Assembly (NCBI GenBank): GCA_036679605.1
Contig: JAZDCZ010000365.1
Span: forward strand, 52,329 to 116,328
Direction of reading: 5' to 3'
DNA: 64,000 bases
DNA from: Gemmatimonadota bacterium
Lineage (GTDB): Bacteria; Gemmatimonadota; Gemmatimonadetes; Gemmatimonadales; GWC2-71-9
A program made the translations under genes and the position numbers. The notes under the pieces are model-generated. The model had not been told where the DNA came from, did not search any database, and was given only the letters and a program-made list of their open reading frames with translations. This document shows, one piece after another, positions 18,337 through 26,862 of this stretch; within the stretch, counting starts at the first letter, position 1; each line of letters opens with the position of its first letter.

Positions 18337-19563
18337 ATGAGAATGGGCCGTCACGTGCGGTTCTCGTTGAGTGACATCTTCTGCATGGGCGTGGGTCTTT
18401 GTGCCCTCTCTGTATGCACTTCGGCCTGTGGGAGCGATTCGAAGATTTCGCAAACGGCTGACTGGACCGTGCGCGACAGCGCCGGAGTCACCCTGGTTTC
18501 CAACCACACGGACGGTTTGACACGCGGCTGCGTGACGTTTTCCCAAGACCCCGAAACCACCATACCCTCGAGTGGCTTTAGTCCCCCACTGTACCGTGTG
18601 CGAGGAGGAGTAGTGCTGGACGACGGCCGGATCGCCGTCTTGAATGCCGGGAACAAGGAACTCCTCTTCTTTGGAGCCGACGGCAGGTTTGAACGTGCGG
18701 TCGGTCGTTCTGGACGCGGCCCGGGAGAATTTGTCGATCCGAGATGGCTGGGTCAGGGGAACAACGACACGTTATTCGTATGGGATGGTGGTTTGATGCG
18801 GCTCTCGACATTCGATGGGACGGGAGAGTTACTAGCGCTACATGAAGTGCGAGTCGGCGTTGAGGAGCGAAAGCCCATCGCGATCCGCGGACGGTTCGAT
18901 GATGGCTCCTTCTTCTTCAGCCCCGGACCGCTGATGTTCTTTGACGGCACCGCCGGTATCTTGCGGTTTCCCGAAACGTACGGACGCTACAACGTTGAGA
19001 CGCGTCAGGCGGAGCAGCTAGTCGAGGGGGCAAGCTCGGAGACGGTGGCTGGCCCGGGCGTGCCGGTGTACGAGCTGCCCTTCGGCAAGATGGACGTAGC
19101 GATCGCAAACGGCGACGCTGTGGTAATCGGCGACAATGGCACGTCCATTTTGCGGTATTACGATCTACAAGGACAACTCCGCCGTATAGTGGAGTGGATG
19201 TCAGAACCGATTCCGATCACGGATCGCGACCAGAGGGCATACCGTCAGGATTTTGACGAATCAGTTCCGGCACGTTTTCACCTACCCGCCACTGCCCGAT
19301 TTGCCAAAGAGCGACCCAGATTCTCGTCAATAACGAGCGATACGATTGGGTGGATTTGGGTACGATCATACACCGCGGGCTGGGAGTCCTCGGGCCATTG
19401 GCTGGTCTTTGATGAGGACGGCGTTTTGATATGCTCCGTCAACCCACCACCGGCTCGTCGATTCCGCCCGCTGCAGATAAGTGAGACGCACATGCTGGGC
19501 GTGCAGCGCAATGAGGACGGTGAGGAGACTCTGGTGCTTTATTCCCTTGTCCGCAACATGTGA
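18337..19563 (+). CDS. NHL-repeat / 6-bladed beta-propeller lipoprotein (paralog 3)
   Basis: ATG 18337 lies 9 nt after AAGGAGGG. Lipobox 'TSACG'. 'GRGPGEFVDPRWL' blade motif. Similar in architecture to 11066-12130 and 12515-13723. Confidence 0.72.
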   Translation: MRMGRHVRFSLSDIFCMGVGLCALSVCTSACGSDSKISQTADWTVRDSAGVTLVSNHTDGLTRGCVTFSQDPETTIPSSGFSPPLYRVRGGVVLDDGRIAVLNAGNKELLFFGADGRFERAVGRSGRGPGEFVDPRWLGQGNNDTLFVWDGGLMRLSTFDGTGELLALHEVRVGVEERKPIAIRGRFDDGSFFFSPGPLMFFDGTAGILRFPETYGRYNVETRQAEQLVEGASSETVAGPGVPVYELPFGKMDVAIANGDAVVIGDNGTSILRYYDLQGQLRRIVEWMSEPIPITDRDQRAYRQDFDESVPARFHLPATARFAKERPRFSSITSDTIGWIWVRSYTAGWESSGHWLVFDEDGVLICSVNPPPARRFRPLQISETHMLGVQRNEDGEETLVLYSLVRNM

Positions 19564-19802
19564 GACCACTCCTTCCGTCCTACACCGGAATGAGGAGAGG
19601 CAGTGAGACGCCGGCAGCTATCTTGCACGAAGGCTTAGCTGCTTGTTTGGCGATATGGCAATCGGCATCCCTGACTGTTGCTGATGGTGCTCGCAGTCTA
19701 ACTGGCGCATGAAGCGTGACGAGCGCGGTAGGAGCAATTGGATTGTTCGCATGGTGACATTGATTGGAACTGAGGCCGGTATCCTTAGGACTTGAAGAGG
19801 CT

Positions 19803-20813
19803 ATGAAGGCGATTGTCCAAGAGAAATACGGATCTCCTGATGATCTAGAGCTCCGAGAAGTCGACAAGCCGGCGGTCGGCGATGATGAAGTCTTGGTGCG
19901 GGTACGCGCGGCTTCGGTCCATCCGGATGTCTGGCACGTCGTGACCGGGCAGCCTTATGTCCTTCGCCTGATGGGGGCTGGGTTTTCCAGACCCAAGAAC
20001 CCGATCCCCGGCACAGACATGGCGGGAATCGTCGAGTCAGTCGGCAAGAGTGTGACACAGTTTCGGACGGGTGACGAGGTATTCGGGGAAACCATCGCCG
20101 TCAACTACTGGGCCAACGGCGGCGCTTTTTCCGAATATGTGTCCGTTCGACACGACCTACTGGCGCTCAAGCCTGACAACATCACGTTCGAACAAGCCGC
20201 CTCCGTTCCCGCTTCCGGATTCATCGCCCTGTTGAATCTCCGAGGAGCGAGGCAAGCCTTCCCAGGGCAGGAGGTATTGGTCAACGGCGCTGGGGGCGGA
20301 GTCGGTGGCCTCGCATTACAGATCGCGAAGGCCTACGGCGCGCACGTGACCGCGGTGGACATTACGAGCAAGTTGAGCATGCTCCGCTCATTGGGGGCAG
20401 ACCAGGTCATCGATTACACCCAGGAGGATTTTACCCGTCGTGGCGTTCGTTACGATCTCATCTTCGATGTTCCGGGGGACCGCCCGTTCTCAGCTTGCAG
20501 GCGCGCACTCAAACCTGAGGGGAGATACGTGCCAATTGGACATGGTAGATTTGGCGCGTCAGGCAGGCGTGTTTTCGGACTCTTACCCCATTTTTTCAAA
20601 CTGATGTTCCTCGCACGCTTCGTGAAGCAACTGCGAGGTCCGGGCTTACCGATGCCCACCAGGAAAGACGCAATGGCCGTGCTCAGGGAATTCCTCGAAG
20701 CTGGAAAGATCACACCGATCATTGACAGTACCTATCCGCTGAGTGAGGTCCGCGAGGCTTTCCGGCACATGATCGAGGATGAACTCCAAGGAAAAGTGAT
20801 CATCATCCCATGA
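19803..20813 (+). CDS. NAD(P)-dependent medium-chain dehydrogenase/reductase (quinone oxidoreductase-like)
   Basis: 'MKAIVQEKYG' start, GroES-like N-terminal domain, 'VLVNGAGGGVGGLALQIAK' Rossmann motif. Confidence 0.85.
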   Translation: MKAIVQEKYGSPDDLELREVDKPAVGDDEVLVRVRAASVHPDVWHVVTGQPYVLRLMGAGFSRPKNPIPGTDMAGIVESVGKSVTQFRTGDEVFGETIAVNYWANGGAFSEYVSVRHDLLALKPDNITFEQAASVPASGFIALLNLRGARQAFPGQEVLVNGAGGGVGGLALQIAKAYGAHVTAVDITSKLSMLRSLGADQVIDYTQEDFTRRGVRYDLIFDVPGDRPFSACRRALKPEGRYVPIGHGRFGASGRRVFGLLPHFFKLMFLARFVKQLRGPGLPMPTRKDAMAVLREFLEAGKITPIIDSTYPLSEVREAFRHMIEDELQGKVIIIP

Positions 20814-20948
20814 CGATGACGGACACCGTTTTGTTTTTGGTGTGGTGATGTGGGCTCATTACGGCCAACGGTTTGGGCGACGTGGAATTCGCGCGTGAAC
20901 TGATGGAGGAATTGGATGTGAACAATCACAATGTAGGAGCGGACGAAA

Positions 20949-21413
20949 ATGGCGAAACGAAAAATCAGAGTTGTTCAGCCCACCGACCAGGTCAAGGTGA
21001 TGTTTGGAGCCGGTGATGATTACCGGTTTCTGGCTACTGGAGACGATACCGATAACAGCTATTTCCTTGTTGAGGCTATTGTGCCTCCGGGAGGCGGCCC
21101 ACCTCCACATATCCAGACGAGAGAGGAGGAAGCGTTTTACATACTCGAAGGGGTGGTTTCGTTTTATGGTGAAGACGGGGAAATCGAAGCTGGACCGGGA
21201 ACGTACCTCAACATCCCGAAGGGAGCCAAGCATAGCTTTCGTAACAACTCGAACGAGACCGTCCGTATGCTGTTTTTCTTTGCTCCTGCCGGAATCGAAG
21301 GACTTTTCGACGCAATGGCCACGACGAAAGAATCAGCCGGTGATATTGAGTCCACGATGGCAGCTTTGAATACATTGGGGAAGAGTTATGGCGTGGAATA
21401 TTTTGCAGAGTGA
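20949..21413 (+). CDS. Cupin domain protein
   Basis: 'PPGGGPPPHIQTREEEAFYILEG' and 'GTYLNIPKGAKHSFRN' are the two cupin motifs. Confidence 0.8.
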   Translation: MAKRKIRVVQPTDQVKVMFGAGDDYRFLATGDDTDNSYFLVEAIVPPGGGPPPHIQTREEEAFYILEGVVSFYGEDGEIEAGPGTYLNIPKGAKHSFRNNSNETVRMLFFFAPAGIEGLFDAMATTKESAGDIESTMAALNTLGKSYGVEYFAE

Positions 21414-21417
21414 TCTC

Positions 21418-22260
21418 CTAGCGGCCGCGCCAGACACCTTTGGCCCGAGCTGCCACGGCACCGATTAGTCCTTCGAGCGCCTTTCGTGCCCTGCGCATGG
21501 AGTAAGCGTAGAGGGCTCGGAATCCTTTCACGCCGAGGCCCCCGCCTACCAAGGCACCCCCGACCGCGGCGACCGGTCCAATCCCAATTGCCACTCCAAG
21601 CGCAATTCCCACACCGAGGCCCGCACCTCCGGTGAGTGCCGTCGCTAACAATCCCAGAACGAGGCCGATGTTGTGCGCCGTTGCGGGGCTGTGCACCGTC
21701 ATCTCACAGGAGGACGTAGACCCCTCGATAGGCCGCAGTGAGACGAACACCTGCCGAAGCCCTGCATCTCTCGCTGCGAACGCGAACCCTTGGGTGGAGA
21801 AGGGAGTACTGTGTCCTTGAATATCGAAGACCAGTAGGCCTCGATTGAGCGGATCGCCCTGCTGGTCGGTCAACGTCAGGCGAAAAGGTTCGTCGGGAAA
21901 CACGGTCTCCATCGCCGAGAACACTTCTTGGGGTGTTGCTTCGATCACGCGCCGGACGGTAAGCGTATTGGGCGGATGATTCAGGAATCTCCGGGCAAGG
22001 GTATTGCTCTTCTCCACGTTGGGGAGTGTGCGCTCCGCACGCAGGTCGGCTAGGGCGGCTTCCACGAATTCGTTGGCGATGCCGGCCTCCAGTGCCGCGG
22101 AGCGAACGTGCGTGAGCGCATACCCCGGTGGGGGCATGGCAGCGCCATGGACCTCCGGTCCCTCGACTCTCCCGGCTGCCTCTGCCTGAAGCTGAGCAGC
22201 CCGGTCCCACAGACGGGCCGCCTCTTCCTCGCTGAGAATCTCGGGATCGCGCTCCGTCAT
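21418..22260 (-). CDS. Hypothetical protein with C-terminal glycine-zipper membrane segment
   Basis: Long ORF. C-terminal 'GLLATALTGGAGLGVGIALGVAIGIGPVAAVGGALVGGGLG'. No recognised catalytic motif. Confidence 0.5.
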   Translation of the reverse strand: MTERDPEILSEEEAARLWDRAAQLQAEAAGRVEGPEVHGAAMPPPGYALTHVRSAALEAGIANEFVEAALADLRAERTLPNVEKSNTLARRFLNHPPNTLTVRRVIEATPQEVFSAMETVFPDEPFRLTLTDQQGDPLNRGLLVFDIQGHSTPFSTQGFAFAARDAGLRQVFVSLRPIEGSTSSCEMTVHSPATAHNIGLVLGLLATALTGGAGLGVGIALGVAIGIGPVAAVGGALVGGGLGVKGFRALYAYSMRRARKALEGLIGAVAARAKGVWRGR

Positions 22261-22355
22261 GTGGAACCTGAACCTTTCCTGTTCGTTGCTGCGTTAGACA
22301 GAGGGGGAAGCCCCTGCGAGCATTGGCTTGATTCGAGAGAACCTAAGGGATATGC

Positions 22356-22883
22356 TTGCCTAGCGGAGCCGTAGGTGCCACGATGGGGTCGATCATGTCG
22401 TCAACAATCACCATTCGTTATGCATTAACGTGCGCCATGCTTGCTTCTCCGGCATGTGGCGCAGGCCCTGAAAGTGGTCGGGACGCCGTGCCGTGCGAGA
22501 CCGCGGACACCTCAAGGGGAGACAGACTCATGAGCCAAGCTGAGCAAGACCGTCGTGTGGACTACATTGAGTTTCTGACCACAAACATTGAGGAGACCAA
22601 GAGGTTTTACTCGAAGGTTTTCGGTTGGGAGTTCACTGACTATGGTCCTGATTACACAAGCTTCACCGACGGTCGATTAACCGGCGGTTTTACTGTTGCG
22701 ACGGAAGTAACGGCAGGCGGTCCATTAGTCGTGCTCTATTCCACGAATCTGGAAGAGATCGAAGCTAGTATCAGAGAGAGCGGGGGGCAGATCGTCCGAG
22801 AGGTATTCGAGTTTCCGGGTGGACGACGCTTTCACTTCACCGATCCGAGTGGGAATGAGTTGGCTGTTTGGTCAGATCGATGA
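22356..22883 (+). CDS. VOC (glyoxalase/bleomycin-resistance) family protein
   Basis: 'VDYIEFLTTNIEETKRFYSKVFGWEF' and 'GGRRFHFTDPSGNELAVWS'. The start may be internal (MSQAEQ at about 22530). Confidence 0.78.
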   Translation: MPSGAVGATMGSIMSSTITIRYALTCAMLASPACGAGPESGRDAVPCETADTSRGDRLMSQAEQDRRVDYIEFLTTNIEETKRFYSKVFGWEFTDYGPDYTSFTDGRLTGGFTVATEVTAGGPLVVLYSTNLEEIEASIRESGGQIVREVFEFPGGRRFHFTDPSGNELAVWSDR

Positions 22884-22997
22884 TTTCTAGCCTGAACCAC
22901 AGCGGTGACGGGTGGGCGCTGCCGCCGACCAGCGCGGTACGGAATCTAGTTTTTCTTAGGTCCGCTAGGTGGCCCGGTTATGTCTGGCCCATTGATA

Positions 22998-23624
22998 CTA
23001 CTTGGTACCCGAGGCCACGAAGATACTGATCGCGGCGGATTCCCCGCCGCTCGACTCAACGCAACAGTCCTCTCCGACACAATCCACTACCACGTCATGG
23101 AGCCCGGCTTCGCGAAACCAACGGGCTACATCATCGCGGGCGAACCCAAGCCATCTGTCGTTATGTTCTTCCCGCAGGAATTCGAAGTCGTGTTCGTCGA
23201 CGTCTGTTATCACCAGCACGCCTCCGGGACGGAGTATGTCTGTCATAGCCGTGATCGCCGCCGGAGGGTCTTCCACGTGGTGTAGATACATGTTGGCAAA
23301 CACGTAGTCTACACTCTCTTCGTCGATGCCGAGGTTCGAGTCGCCGCCCACTCTGTACTGTACGTGACCCGCGGTCGAGAACTTCTGCTTCATCTGTTCC
23401 AGCATGCGCTGCGATTGGTCCACGGCCACGACTTCTAAGCCTCGCGCCAACAGCGCCTCGGTCATGAACCCCGTGCCCGCTCCGATGTCGGCCGCAAGTT
23501 GTCCGGGTTTGACGTCGGCTACATCGAGTGCACGGTCCCGCACGGCTTCAGGGAAGAAGCTCTTGCGCATATCGTCCCAGGCATCCGCCACACCATCGAA
23601 GTATTCCTTGCTTCCTTCTGTCAT
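22998..23624 (-). CDS. Class I SAM-dependent methyltransferase
   Basis: Motif I 'ADIGAGTGFMTEAL' and 'VVAVDQSQRML'. ATG 23624 preferred over the track start. Confidence 0.85.
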   Translation of the reverse strand: MTEGSKEYFDGVADAWDDMRKSFFPEAVRDRALDVADVKPGQLAADIGAGTGFMTEALLARGLEVVAVDQSQRMLEQMKQKFSTAGHVQYRVGGDSNLGIDEESVDYVFANMYLHHVEDPPAAITAMTDILRPGGVLVITDVDEHDFEFLREEHNDRWLGFARDDVARWFREAGLHDVVVDCVGEDCCVESSGGESAAISIFVASGTK

Positions 23625-23752
23625 CTGACCCTCTACTCTGAGGAGTAACACACCGGATTAGATAGTCGGGTGGGGTCACCGAATCCGTCAAATCCAAAGC
23701 GGAGAATAGTGCACGGTGACCAAATCGTGCAAACCTTCTAGATTCAGCGGCT

Positions 23753-25177
23753 ATGTCCTCAGCCGCCGATCGAGCATCAATGTCCGAAAAGTCGTTCCAG
23801 TTTTGGCCCGCCGTCCGAGAGGCGATCCGTGGAACGCAGCAGGACTTCACCTCCGGGCCAATCGGCCGGGCGATTCTGTTGCTGGCGGTCCCGATGGTAC
23901 TGGAAACCGCGATGGAATCGGTGTTCGCCGTGGTGGACGTGTTCTTTGTGTCGCGTCTGGGCCCCGAGGCGATCGCCACAGTAGGACTCACAGAATCGAT
24001 GCTCACACTGATTTACACGGTGGCACTGGGTTTGAGCATCGGTGTCACTGCGATGGTGGCGCGACGCATCGGAGAGAAAGACCCCGACGGTGCCGCTCGT
24101 ACTGCCGTCCAAGCGATCGCCCTCGGAATTGGCGTCGCCGCGATCCTCGGCGTCGTGGGGGGGATGTTTGCACCACACCTGCTCGGCCTGATGGGGGCAG
24201 CGCCCGAGGTGATCGGACCGGGAGCCGCGTACACTCGCGTCATGCTCAGCGCCAACGCCACCGTGCTTTTGTTGTTTCTGATAAACGCAATCTTCCGCGG
24301 TGCGGGCGATGCGGCCATCGCGATGCGGATGCTGTGGCTTGCCAACGGAATAAATATCTTTCTGGATCCCGCGCTCATTTTTGGCATCGGACCTTTTCCC
24401 GAACTCGGCATCCAAGGCGCTGCTATTGCGACCAACATCGGGCGCGGCACGGCTGTGCTCGCCCAACTCTGGGTCCTGTCGCGTGCAACCGGCCGAATCA
24501 AGATCGCCGCCCGACACCTGCGACTGTATCCGCAGGTGATGTGGGAACTCATTCGGTTGTCGGGAACAGGCATGTTCCAGGTCTTCATTGGGATGGCGAG
24601 TTGGATCGGGTTGATCCGCATCTTGGCCGGGTTCGGTAGCGAGGTTCTCGCGGGCTACACGATCGGCATTCGCGTCATCATCTTCGCGCTGTTGCCCAGT
24701 TGGGGGATGAGCAATGCCGCCGCCACCATGGTAGGTCAGGCGCTCGGCGCCAAGAAGCCAGATCGGGCCGAGCGTTCAGTGTGGATCGCAGGATTCTACA
24801 ACATGATCTTCTTGGGAACGATAGGTCTGCTGTTCATTCTATTCGCGCCACAGATCGTCTCCGTGTTCACCAGTGAACCCGAACCCGCGCGCTACGCCGT
24901 GCTGTGTCTCAGGATAGTGAGTTCGGGATTCTTGTTCTACGCCTACGGCATGGTGCTCACCCAGTCGTTCAACGGAGCAGGGGACATGTGGACTCCCACG
25001 ATCATCAATCTGTTTTGCTTCTGGCTGTTCGAGCTGCCTTTCGCATACGTGATGGCCTACGTGTTCGATGTTGGACCGGTCGGGGTGTTCGTTGCCATGA
25101 CCGTTGCGTTCTCATCCTTGGCTCTGGTGAGTGCGGTAGTGTTTAGGAGGGGCAAGTGGAAGAACACGGTGGTGTAA
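23753..25177 (+). CDS. MATE family efflux transporter
   Basis: About 12 TM helices. N-terminal 'ILLLAVPMVLETAMESVFAVVDVFFVSRLG' is typical of NorM/MATE. Confidence 0.9.
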   Translation: MSSAADRASMSEKSFQFWPAVREAIRGTQQDFTSGPIGRAILLLAVPMVLETAMESVFAVVDVFFVSRLGPEAIATVGLTESMLTLIYTVALGLSIGVTAMVARRIGEKDPDGAARTAVQAIALGIGVAAILGVVGGMFAPHLLGLMGAAPEVIGPGAAYTRVMLSANATVLLLFLINAIFRGAGDAAIAMRMLWLANGINIFLDPALIFGIGPFPELGIQGAAIATNIGRGTAVLAQLWVLSRATGRIKIAARHLRLYPQVMWELIRLSGTGMFQVFIGMASWIGLIRILAGFGSEVLAGYTIGIRVIIFALLPSWGMSNAAATMVGQALGAKKPDRAERSVWIAGFYNMIFLGTIGLLFILFAPQIVSVFTSEPEPARYAVLCLRIVSSGFLFYAYGMVLTQSFNGAGDMWTPTIINLFCFWLFELPFAYVMAYVFDVGPVGVFVAMTVAFSSLALVSAVVFRRGKWKNTVV

Positions 25178-25192
25178 GGCGTGTGAAACCTG

Positions 25193-25669
25193 TCATTCGA
25201 CTCGTACAAGAGTCGTGATTCGTGTCTCCGTACCATCACCTGACACACGTTTGATTCTCAAAGTGTCGCCAGACATGGAGATGTTGTAGGTGTAGCTACT
25301 TCCATCCATAGAGTTGGGACTCTTGGCAAGAGTTGGTGTTATCGTAAGAGTCGAATCGGTTGCCTGGTAGGTGCCGGAGTGCGCATGGAACACGTCGAAC
25401 GCAGCGAGTCGAGCGGAATCACTCGTCTCCGCAGTGAATAGATCTCTCGGTCTGCTCTCGCGTATCTCCTGCACACTGAAATGCCGCTGGGCGAAAATGT
25501 ATTGACCGGGCTGGGGGCTCGCTTCGCGCCGAGTAGAGCCGTTGCTTGTGAATGACCGCTCCACGACGTGCCACACACCGCGGATCGCCACGTTCTCTGG
25601 TTCGTTACTGCAACTTGAGGCCATGCCGGCACATAGCACTGCGATAAGAATCGGCGAACGACGAGCCAT
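25193..25669 (-). CDS. Hypothetical lipoprotein
   Basis: Lipobox 'MASSCS'. 158 aa. No recognised domain. Confidence 0.55.
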   Translation of the reverse strand: MARRSPILIAVLCAGMASSCSNEPENVAIRGVWHVVERSFTSNGSTRREASPQPGQYIFAQRHFSVQEIRESRPRDLFTAETSDSARLAAFDVFHAHSGTYQATDSTLTITPTLAKSPNSMDGSSYTYNISMSGDTLRIKRVSGDGTETRITTLVRVE

Positions 25670-25686
25670 TTTGCGATGCGGAATTG

Positions 25687-25953
25687 CTATCTTTCTGTCT
25701 TCTCTTTCTTCGGTTGTGTGAGCAAGCGTTCGTGAAAATCGATACGCTCCTGTAGTTCGATGATCTCTTCGCGCATGCCGTGTGATTGGTCCATTAGCCG
25801 ATCGATCGTATCGGCCATTCGTTCGAGTGCTTCGGGATCCTTCTGCTGCGCTAACTTGGCCGTTAGCCGCATCTTCAATCCGATCAATATGAACGTTCCG
25901 ATGCCGAGCATCGCCATCAGCGGTGCAATGGCCTCTACGATCTCTGGGGGCAT
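25687..25953 (-). CDS. Small single-pass membrane protein
   Basis: One TM ('IAPLMAMLGIGTFILIGL') followed by a charged coiled segment. Same strand as, and 17 nt upstream of, the lipoprotein gene. Confidence 0.45.
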   Translation of the reverse strand: MPPEIVEAIAPLMAMLGIGTFILIGLKMRLTAKLAQQKDPEALERMADTIDRLMDQSHGMREEIIELQERIDFHERLLTQPKKEKTER

Positions 25954-26171
25954 GTGATCCTCGGTGCCAGTTCTGGTCTGAAGTTACTACGCAGCCACAG
26001 GGATGCGAGATTCAGGCTTTTCCACGTTCCACATCTGACGCCCTCCCGCTCTCCAGCACGCCTCGATTTCCGGCCCCGCCGTGCATAAAAAAGGTACGGT
26101 CACTGGCCTGCGACCGACGCATAGTAGGCCATGTTTCGTACTTGCGTTCTACTTACCGCCGAGGTGAAATT

Positions 26172-26720
26172 ATGGGTATGGCAGCTCCTGTCTACTACTC
26201 CGCCGAGATGGTTCTGGCGTTGCCGGACGACGGCAAGCGCTACGAGACGGTGCACGGAGAGTTGCTCGTGACGGCGACTCCGCACGCGTGGCACCAAGTT
26301 GTTTTGGGAAGAATACAATCGGCTCTCTGGAGCTTCCTGCATGACCATCACGTAGCTCATCTGTTTGCCTCCCCGGCAGACATCTCCTGGGGTCCCGACA
26401 TTCTGGTGCAGCCCGATCTGTTCGTGGTGAATCTGGAACAAGCGCGCACTCTCGATTGGTCGCGCATGCAAGATCTTTTTCTGACAGTAGAAGTCTTGAG
26501 TCCGTCCACCAGCCGCCACGACAGGTTCACCAAACGGAGACTGTATCAGGAGGTCGGTATTCCGTTGTACTGGATTGTTGATCCTGACGAGCACGCCGTA
26601 GAAGTGTGGACACCTGAGAGTACTTTCCCGACCATCGAGCGTGAACGTGTTGTGTGGCAACCCGATGGAGCAAGCGAGCGCCTGACGATCGGCCTTGAGG
26701 AGTTGTTCCGGCCGATCTAG
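26172..26720 (+). CDS. Uma2 family (DUF820) endonuclease-fold protein
   Basis: 'YETVHGELLV', 'PDLFVV' and 'LTVEVLSPST...D...K...Y' match the PD-(D/E)xK pattern of Uma2. ATG 26172 preferred. Confidence 0.8.
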   Translation: MGMAAPVYYSAEMVLALPDDGKRYETVHGELLVTATPHAWHQVVLGRIQSALWSFLHDHHVAHLFASPADISWGPDILVQPDLFVVNLEQARTLDWSRMQDLFLTVEVLSPSTSRHDRFTKRRLYQEVGIPLYWIVDPDEHAVEVWTPESTFPTIERERVVWQPDGASERLTIGLEELFRPI

Positions 26721-26862
26721 CAGTCCGCCGCTTCCAGCCGCCCGCCCACTCTGGTGGAATCTTCCCACGACCCTTGCGGCCGAGTCCGGTCAACGATTCG
26801 CTAAACTGATGCGTAGTCCAGATGTATCGCATCTCTTCGAATACCCAAATACAGAGAGCCCC

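Noticed and set aside
23716-24639. Large alternative-frame and antisense ORFs (23716-24639 +, 23777-24517 -, 24013-24621 -) inside the MATE transporter gene.
   Set aside because: The translations are Arg/Pro/Gly-rich, as is typical of off-frame reading in high-GC DNA. The MATE frame has clear family motifs and TM periodicity.
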